Shown here piece after piece: positions 57,766-64,000 of a DNA stretch of 64,000 bases (within the stretch, counting starts at the first letter, position 1; each line of letters starts with the position of its first letter). Origin of the DNA: Chthoniobacteraceae bacterium. GTDB lineage: Bacteria > Verrucomicrobiota > Verrucomicrobiia > Chthoniobacterales > Chthoniobacteraceae. A program made the position numbers and the translations under genes. The stretch is from positions 64,001 to 128,000 of the forward strand of contig JANNWY010000307.1 of assembly GCA_031409335.1 (NCBI GenBank), given 5' to 3'. Under the pieces are notes generated by a model. That model was not told the DNA's origin, made no database searches, and saw only the letters and a program-made list of their open reading frames with translations.

Positions 57766-59160
57766 ATGACAACGCCTTCCACCCTCGCTCCCGCCTCCCC
57801 GGTCACCCGGCGGAGCTTCCTGAAAACCGGCACCGTGCTCGCCACCGGCATCGCGTCGCTCTCGCTGAGCGCGCGCGCCCAGACGAACAAGAACAGCAAG
57901 CTGCAACTCCTGCACATCGGCGTCGGCGGCAGCATCGCGCCGCACGATCGGATGCAGCTCAAAAAGCACCCGGCGGTCGTCTTTACTGGGCTGTGTGATA
58001 TCGACTCGAACACGATCGAGAAAATCTCGAAGGAGCATCCCGAGGCGTTCACCTGCCGCGATTTTCGCGAGGCTTTTGAAAAGCACTCGGACAAGTTTGA
58101 CGCCGTGGTCGTTTGCACGCCGGACCACAATCACGCGGTGATCGACATGACGGCGATGAAAGCAGGCAAGCATGTGTACGGGCAGAAACCGCTGGTGCAG
58201 CAGCTTTCCGAAGTGGCGGCGATCGAGGGCGCGATCAAGGCGTGTCCGAATCTCATCACGCAAGCCGGCAACCAGCGCATGGGGCCGGTGGGGCGGCAGT
58301 ATGCGGTGGATATTTTGAAGAAAGGGCTGCTCGGGAAAGCGATCGAGGCGCATGTGTGGGTCGGTGGTCCGCCGCCGGGAACACAGGGATATTTTTGGTA
58401 CGGCGGACTGCAAGAGCCGACGCCTCCGCCGCCGAATATCGACTGGACGCTCTGGCTCGGTTGCGCGCTCGACGCGCCGCATCGTCCCGGCCTCATCAAT
58501 CTGCAATGGCGCTCCTCGTGGGACTACGGCACGGGCCAGCTCGGCGACTGGTGTACGCATCTGCTCGACATCCTCTACTTCGCCTACGATCTCCCCTCTC
58601 CCATCGCCGTGCAGACGAACCAGCACGAGCCGACCGGCTTTTACCACACGCGCCACGCGCGCTCGACGCTGACTTACAAGGTGCCCGAGGACCGCTTCGC
58701 GAATGGCAAATTCGTCGTCAACTACGCCGACCAATCGCAAGCCCCCTCGCGCGCCTCGCTCGGGCTGCCGCCCGGAAAGTGGCCGGGCACGGGCACGCTC
58801 GTGGTGTGCGAAAAAGGCGTGCTGATGGTCGAGCCGGAGGGCAATCCCGAAGTCTGGATCGGTGGCAACCCCGGCGATTTCGAGACGCTCCCTGGTCTCG
58901 ATACGCCGACCGCGCGCAATCACTGGCACTCGTGGGTGGACAAGATTCTCGGCAAGCCCGACGCATTCGTGCAGACCCCGTTTTCCTACGCCGCCAAGAT
59001 CGCGGAAGCCGGCCTGCTCTGCGCCAAAGCCTCACGCTTTCCCAACACGGAACTGCGCTGGGATAAAGCCACGCTCACCTTCCCGAACCACGCCGAAGCG
59101 ACAAAGACAATCGTGCGCCGCGAATACCGCAAGGGATTCGAGTTGCCGACGTTTGCATGA
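57766..59160 (+). CDS. Tat-exported Gfo/Idh/MocA oxidoreductase
   Basis: TRRSFLK, DAVVVCTPDHNH, GKHVYGQKPL, WR..WDYGTG.LGDW..H and REYRKGF. Confidence 0.94.
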   Translation: MTTPSTLAPASPVTRRSFLKTGTVLATGIASLSLSARAQTNKNSKLQLLHIGVGGSIAPHDRMQLKKHPAVVFTGLCDIDSNTIEKISKEHPEAFTCRDFREAFEKHSDKFDAVVVCTPDHNHAVIDMTAMKAGKHVYGQKPLVQQLSEVAAIEGAIKACPNLITQAGNQRMGPVGRQYAVDILKKGLLGKAIEAHVWVGGPPPGTQGYFWYGGLQEPTPPPPNIDWTLWLGCALDAPHRPGLINLQWRSSWDYGTGQLGDWCTHLLDILYFAYDLPSPIAVQTNQHEPTGFYHTRHARSTLTYKVPEDRFANGKFVVNYADQSQAPSRASLGLPPGKWPGTGTLVVCEKGVLMVEPEGNPEVWIGGNPGDFETLPGLDTPTARNHWHSWVDKILGKPDAFVQTPFSYAAKIAEAGLLCAKASRFPNTELRWDKATLTFPNHAEATKTIVRREYRKGFELPTFA

Positions 59161-59585
59161 TCGGCGCGAATCCGCGCGTCCATTCCGTGGGCGCCACCAT
59201 CGTCGCGATGCGAATGCTGTCGGCTGTCGGCGTTGTCGCGGCAGAGGATGCGGCTACGCTCCAGTTTCCCGAATCCGACGTCACATCTGTGCTGAACTTT
59301 TATGCCCGCCTGACGGGACGCAAAGTCTGGCTGGACCTGGAGGTTTGGGGCCGGGTTTCCATTCAGATCGACAAGCCAATTCCGAAGACGCAAGCGATCG
59401 AATTGATCCGCACGACGCTCTTGGAAAAGCACGGAATCGAGATGCGGGAGCCCAATGACAGGGAGACATTTGTAACGTGGTCCGCCGATCCGAAATACAA
59501 GGAGATCATCGCGGCCACGAAAAAGGCAGCACCTTCAACAACGGCTCCGGTCGCCCCAGGTGGCAGGATACGCGTCGTTCGCTGA
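59157..59585 (+). CDS. Small secreted protein with a stand-alone secretin N0 (GspD N-terminal)-like domain
   Basis: LQFPESDVTSVLNFYARLTGRKVWLD.EV.GRVSI. ATGA overlap with the upstream gene. Confidence 0.7.
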   Translation: MIGANPRVHSVGATIVAMRMLSAVGVVAAEDAATLQFPESDVTSVLNFYARLTGRKVWLDLEVWGRVSIQIDKPIPKTQAIELIRTTLLEKHGIEMREPNDRETFVTWSADPKYKEIIAATKKAAPSTTAPVAPGGRIRVVR

Positions 59586-59696
59586 ACAGCCGCTCATTTG
59601 GAAGCCACGATGCACAGGTTGGTGCGGTGCTTGAGTTTTCCGCCAAGGTGCGGAAGGCGTGTGGATTAAGACTGTGGCGCGGTGATCGCGCCACCC

Positions 59697-61100
59697 ATGA
59701 AAGCCACACCTCGCCAAAGCCGCCGGGATTTCCTGTGGAATCTCGGCGGCGGCTTTGGTGGGCTGGCGGTTTCGCAGCTCTTTTCGCGCGAGGCGCTGGC
59801 CGCGGGCATCCAGCATCATGTGCCGAAGGTGAAGCGCGTCATCCAGCTTTTCATGACGGGCGGGGCGAGCCCGATGGACACCTTCGACTACAAGCCGGCG
59901 CTGGAAAAACTCCACGGGCAGATGCTCGGGCCGAAGGAGAAGCCGGAGGGGCAGACCGGGATGCCGGGGGCGATGATGAAGAGCCCGTTTCAATTCGCGC
60001 GGCATGGGCAGAGCGGGCGGTGGGTGAGTAGCGTTTTTCCCGAGCAGGCGAAGCTCGTGGATGAGATGGCGTTTCTGATGGCGATGCAGTCGAAGACGAA
60101 CGTGCATGGGCCGGGGACTTACATGATGAACTCGGGGTTTTTGCTGCCGGGGTTTCCGTGCATGGGCGCTTGGATTTCTTATGCGCTGGGAAATTTGGCG
60201 GACAATTTGCCGACCTTCGTCGTGCTGCCGGATGCGCGCGGTTTGCCGTACAATCAGCGCGGGTGTTTTTCGAGCGGCTTCCTGCCGGCGGTGCATCAGG
60301 GCACGGTCATCAATGCGGCGTCGCCGCGTCCGGTGCCGGATCTTTTTGCGTCGGAAAAATATGCTTTTGCCACGCGCGAGGCGGATCGGGCGGGGCTCGC
60401 GCTTTTGGATAAAATGAATCGCGCGCACGCGGCGGAAAATCCGGGCGATTCGCGGCTCGACGCCCGCATCGCCAGCTACGAACTCGCGGCGAAAATGCAA
60501 CTCAGCGCGCCGGAAGCCTTCGACGTGATGCGCGAGCCGGAGTCGGTGCGGACGGCTTACGGGCTGGGGAATAAGGTGACGGAAGATTTTGGGCGGCGCT
60601 GTCTGCTGGCGACGCGGCTGATTGAGCGCGGCGTCCGTTTCGTGCAAGTCTGGAGCGGGCCGCAGGGTGCGGTGAATAATTGGGACAATCACGGCAACAT
60701 TCAGACCGAACTCCCGCCGATGGCCGCGAGCGTGGATCAGCCGATCGCCGCGCTGCTGCGCGATCTGAAATCGCGCGGCCTCGACTCGGACACGCTGGTG
60801 ATTTGGACGACCGAGTTTGGCCGCACGCCTTTTGCGCAAGGCTCGCTCGGGCGCGATCACAATGGCGGCTCGTTCGTGACGTGGCTGTGGGGCGCGGGCG
60901 TGAAAGCGGGCGTTTCGTACGGGAGCAGCGATGACTGGGGCTATCAGGCGGTGGAAAACAAAACGTATTGCTACGATCTGCACGCGACCATTCTCCACCT
61001 GATGGGCATCGATCACGAAAAGCTCACCGTGCGGCAGAACGGCATCGACCGTCGGCTCACGGATGTCCACGGTCACGTCATCCGCGAGATTCTCGCGTGA
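59697..61100 (+). CDS. DUF1501 family Tat protein
   Basis: SRRDFLW, KRVIQLFM.GG.S..DTFD.KP, WD.H, EFGRTP, GRDH and RLTDVHG. Confidence 0.95.
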   Translation: MKATPRQSRRDFLWNLGGGFGGLAVSQLFSREALAAGIQHHVPKVKRVIQLFMTGGASPMDTFDYKPALEKLHGQMLGPKEKPEGQTGMPGAMMKSPFQFARHGQSGRWVSSVFPEQAKLVDEMAFLMAMQSKTNVHGPGTYMMNSGFLLPGFPCMGAWISYALGNLADNLPTFVVLPDARGLPYNQRGCFSSGFLPAVHQGTVINAASPRPVPDLFASEKYAFATREADRAGLALLDKMNRAHAAENPGDSRLDARIASYELAAKMQLSAPEAFDVMREPESVRTAYGLGNKVTEDFGRRCLLATRLIERGVRFVQVWSGPQGAVNNWDNHGNIQTELPPMAASVDQPIAALLRDLKSRGLDSDTLVIWTTEFGRTPFAQGSLGRDHNGGSFVTWLWGAGVKAGVSYGSSDDWGYQAVENKTYCYDLHATILHLMGIDHEKLTVRQNGIDRRLTDVHGHVIREILA

Positions 61101-61121
61101 AAATGCGACCTGCGGGCGCGG

Positions 61122-62489
61122 CTACGGCTTGGCCCACAAGCCGAGCAATCCCTCGACTTCCGGCTCGTACTCCGGGTTCAACTTCGCGGCCTCGCTGAGC
61201 AGCGCGCGGGCTTCGTCAGCCTTGCCGATGAACGCCGCGAAATTTCCGAGATTCCACTTTCGCACGGAAGCCTTGGCCGCATCCTCATCCGCGGTCACCA
61301 GCGATTTCGCCATCGCAAAATAGCTCTCCGCCGCGAGCGCACTCCACGGAGCCTGCTTCTCGCCCGCGTTCGTCCGCAGATACACGAACGAGTCATCCAG
61401 CTTCGCGATCCCCCGTTCAACCGCTTCACCATTCTTCAGCGTCACGGGTTTCGCGTAGCCTTCGTCGCGCATTTCCAGGAGTAGAAAAAATTTGAACTGA
61501 TCGAGATACGCCGCCTGGCTGGCCATCAGTTCCTGCTCCTTCTTTCGCCGGGTGGTGGTCAGTTTCGCTTCAAAAATCGCCCGCCTCGCGTCGCCGAATT
61601 CATACTTCGCGCACAGCTCCATCCACTTTGCTTTCGCCAGCGGAAAGGCCTCCGCATCGGCGTCGTCCTGCGCCGCCATCACTGCTTTTTTCTCAACGAG
61701 TTGCGGGTCGAGCGACGCCATCAGTTTGCCGTTGTGTTTGATCCGCGCCCGCACGGATTTCGCCTCGTTCACCGCCTTCTCGATCGTCTCTTCGCTGGCG
61801 GCACTCGCCCGGGATTTCGTGGCGGTATCCACCAGCTCCTCGTATTCGCAAATGTCCGTCGCGATCTGCCGCAGTCTTTTCAGCTCGGGATTGAAGCCAA
61901 CCCACAACTCCGGCCCCAGCGCCGTCGCCGTGGCGAACTGCCGGTAGAATGTGATCGCGTCGTCCAGCGCCCCGAGGTTTTCGTTTTTCAGCGCGAACAG
62001 ATACAGCGCGATGGCCTCGTGATTTCCCCGATCGTAACGCGATGCCCCGCGCCCCGGCACCGTCGCGTCGCCGCTCATCACGATCCCGAGATCGTACAGA
62101 AATGGCGCGAGTTTTCCCTGGGTCCGCGATGCAGCCCAGCGCTCCGCCAGTTGGGCGAAAAGCGGACGCGCCTCCTTCTCGCGGCCTTCGAGCAATTCCG
62201 CCATCCCGCCAAAAATCATCACCCAATCCTGCAACGCCGCCGGCACATCATTGCGCGCGTTCAGGCGGCGCATCCTCGCCGCGGCGTCCGCGTAGTTTCC
62301 CACCAGGATATCCGCCCGCGCCTCGCGGAAATCGGCGTCCGCGGGACCCTGTTTTTGCAGTGGCGCCACCGGCTTCGCGGCGGGCTTGCGCGGTGCTTTT
62401 TTGCATGAGGAAAACAACACCGCCGGGAAAATCGTGAGCGAAAAAAACAGGCCGGAAATCCACGCGGTCGTGGCTCGTTTTCGGATCAT
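61122..62489 (-). CDS. Hypothetical helical/TPR-like lipoprotein
   Basis: Basic N-terminus, hydrophobic stretch, LFSSC lipobox-like motif, helical repeats. Confidence 0.75.
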   Translation of the reverse strand: MIRKRATTAWISGLFFSLTIFPAVLFSSCKKAPRKPAAKPVAPLQKQGPADADFREARADILVGNYADAAARMRRLNARNDVPAALQDWVMIFGGMAELLEGREKEARPLFAQLAERWAASRTQGKLAPFLYDLGIVMSGDATVPGRGASRYDRGNHEAIALYLFALKNENLGALDDAITFYRQFATATALGPELWVGFNPELKRLRQIATDICEYEELVDTATKSRASAASEETIEKAVNEAKSVRARIKHNGKLMASLDPQLVEKKAVMAAQDDADAEAFPLAKAKWMELCAKYEFGDARRAIFEAKLTTTRRKKEQELMASQAAYLDQFKFFLLLEMRDEGYAKPVTLKNGEAVERGIAKLDDSFVYLRTNAGEKQAPWSALAAESYFAMAKSLVTADEDAAKASVRKWNLGNFAAFIGKADEARALLSEAAKLNPEYEPEVEGLLGLWAKP

Positions 62490-62587
62490 GGCGCGCATCA
62501 TTCCCCAGGATCATCGGCGAGAAAACCGCGCCTTGTCGAGTCGTGTTCCGCCTTGGCGCGAAACGGCGGGCCGGTTAGCGTCACCGC

Positions 62588-63481
62588 ATGAAATCGCTTT
62601 CGCGCCGCTCCTTCCTCACCACTTCCGCGGCCACTCTCGCCGCCGCATCCATTTCCCAGCGCCTCTCCGCCGCCAATGCCGCGACGGGATCGAAAGGCAA
62701 CATCCACCATTCCGCCTGCAAATGGTGCTACTCGAAAATCAGCCTCGATGAACTCTGCGCCGCCGGGAAACCGATGGGCCTCACGTCGATCGACCTGCTC
62801 CAACCCGCCGATTTTCCGACGTTAAAAAAATACGATCTCACCTGCGCGATGGTGAGCAACCCGACCGTCAAAGCACCCGACGGCAAAACGCTCGGCGGCA
62901 TCGAGCGCGCGTGGAATCGCAAGGAGCACCACGATTTGCTCGTGCAAGCATATGAACCACAGATCGCCGCGGTCGCGGATGCGGGGATGAAACATCTCAT
63001 CTGCTTCTCGGGAAATCGCGAGAAGCTGGACGACGAGAGCGGCATCAAGAATTGCGCCGAAGGCCTGAAACGGCTGATGGCGTTGTGCGAAAAACGCGGC
63101 GTCATCCTCGTCATGGAGCTGCTCAACAGCCGCGTGAATCACGCCGATTACCAGTGCGACAAAAGCGCGTGGGGCGTCGAGCTGTGCAAGCAGATCGGCT
63201 CCGCGCATTTCAAACTGCTCTACGACATTTACCACATGCAGATCATGGAGGGAGACGTGATCGCGACGATCAAACGCGAGCATCAATTCTTCGCGCACTA
63301 CCACACTGGCGGCGTCCCCGGCCGCAACGAGATCGACGAGACGCAGGAGCTGAACTACGCCCCGATCATGAAGGCAATCGTCGCAACCGGCTTCAAGGGC
63401 CACGTCGCGCAGGAGTTCATCCCGGCCAGGCCGGATGCGATCGCTTCGCTGAAACAAGCTGTCGGCATCTGCGACGTGTGA
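62588..63481 (+). CDS. Tat-exported hydroxypyruvate isomerase-like TIM-barrel protein
   Basis: SRRSFL, ELLNSRVNH.DY, LYDIYHMQIMEGD and HTGGVPGRNE. Confidence 0.93.
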   Translation: MKSLSRRSFLTTSAATLAAASISQRLSAANAATGSKGNIHHSACKWCYSKISLDELCAAGKPMGLTSIDLLQPADFPTLKKYDLTCAMVSNPTVKAPDGKTLGGIERAWNRKEHHDLLVQAYEPQIAAVADAGMKHLICFSGNREKLDDESGIKNCAEGLKRLMALCEKRGVILVMELLNSRVNHADYQCDKSAWGVELCKQIGSAHFKLLYDIYHMQIMEGDVIATIKREHQFFAHYHTGGVPGRNEIDETQELNYAPIMKAIVATGFKGHVAQEFIPARPDAIASLKQAVGICDV

Positions 63482-63653
63482 TCCGCGTTTTGATGCGTTT
63501 GCCCTATGGCGGAGCGCCCTCGACCACGTCGGCCACGCAGCTTCCCAATCCCGGTGGATTTATCCAAAACCAGTTAGCGCTTATGGGGCAACGCCGTGGG
63601 TTGGCCTGTCTCAGCCCTTCGGGCTGCCGACACTGGCAGCTTACAAACACGCC

Positions 63654-64000
63654 CTAGAGCAAGGCGATGGCCGCGCACATCGCGAGCACGGCGATGGACG
63701 GCAGCGCTTTTTGCATCGGGTCTTTCACTTTCAAATGCATGACGAACGCACCCAGCATGAGCACTCCCAGGGCGATCGCCGCCGGTCGGGCCAGACCGGG
63801 AATCCAGATGGCCGCCAGTAGGGTCAGAGCCAGTCCGACTTTCATCACGCCGACCAAATACATGAACCAGGATGGCAGCCCGTAAGTGCCAAACTCCTCG
63901 CGAATGCTGATCGCATCGCCGCCGCGATACCGGGTCTTCCGGCCCGCGCGGAGGACCCATACATTCAGGATGCCGAGGGCGACGATGAGTTGCAAAACGA
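63654..64000 (-). CDS. DoxX-family membrane protein, 5'-truncated by the window edge
   Basis: LNVW.LR..T.YRGG.A....EF..YGLP.W and MH.KVKDP..K; hydrophobic helices. Confidence 0.85.
   Translation of the reverse strand, partial: VLQLIVALGILNVWVLRAGRKTRYRGGDAISIREEFGTYGLPSWFMYLVGVMKVGLALTLLAAIWIPGLARPAAIALGVLMLGAFVMHLKVKDPMQKALPSIAVLAMCAAIALL

Noticed and set aside
44651..57772. Long antisense or alternate-frame ORFs (44651-46633, 49627-51990, 52167-54506, 54266-57772 and many similar)
   Set aside because: Shadows of GC-rich real genes; Arg/Ala-rich with no domain motifs.

Overview
GC-rich bacterial window. Gene content (PEP-CTERM and autotransporter-repeat proteins, DUF1549/1553 and DUF1501, GntR/LacI hybrid regulator) suggests Verrucomicrobiota, Chthoniobacter-like; this is inference. 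The left ~35 kb is an accessory surface-protein region. It holds large passenger-associated (PATR) beta-strand-repeat proteins, a carbohydrate-sensing two-component system, a heparinase II/III-like lyase fused to PATR repeats, and a phosphate cluster (PEP-CTERM PhoD, Ppx, glucose/sorbosone dehydrogenase-cytochrome c protein) with Pho-box-like repeats. The right part has namZ, a putative nucleotidyltransferase toxin-antitoxin pair, proS, DUF2891, a sulfatase, a Tat Rieske protein, two more PEP-CTERM/PATR paralogs and PVC-type redox genes. The most unusual signals are: (1) a conserved multi-hairpin element with an invariant TTCTTGACGGG core directly behind four PEP-CTERM tails; (2) PATR-bounded modules reused in different orders between paralogs, with swappable C-terminal anchors; (3) orphan gene heads and tails at microhomology junctions, and a 47-bp direct repeat. 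Together these suggest a high-turnover, recombination-diversified surface-protein system. I found no integrase, transposase, exosortase, tRNA, rRNA or CRISPR array in the window.
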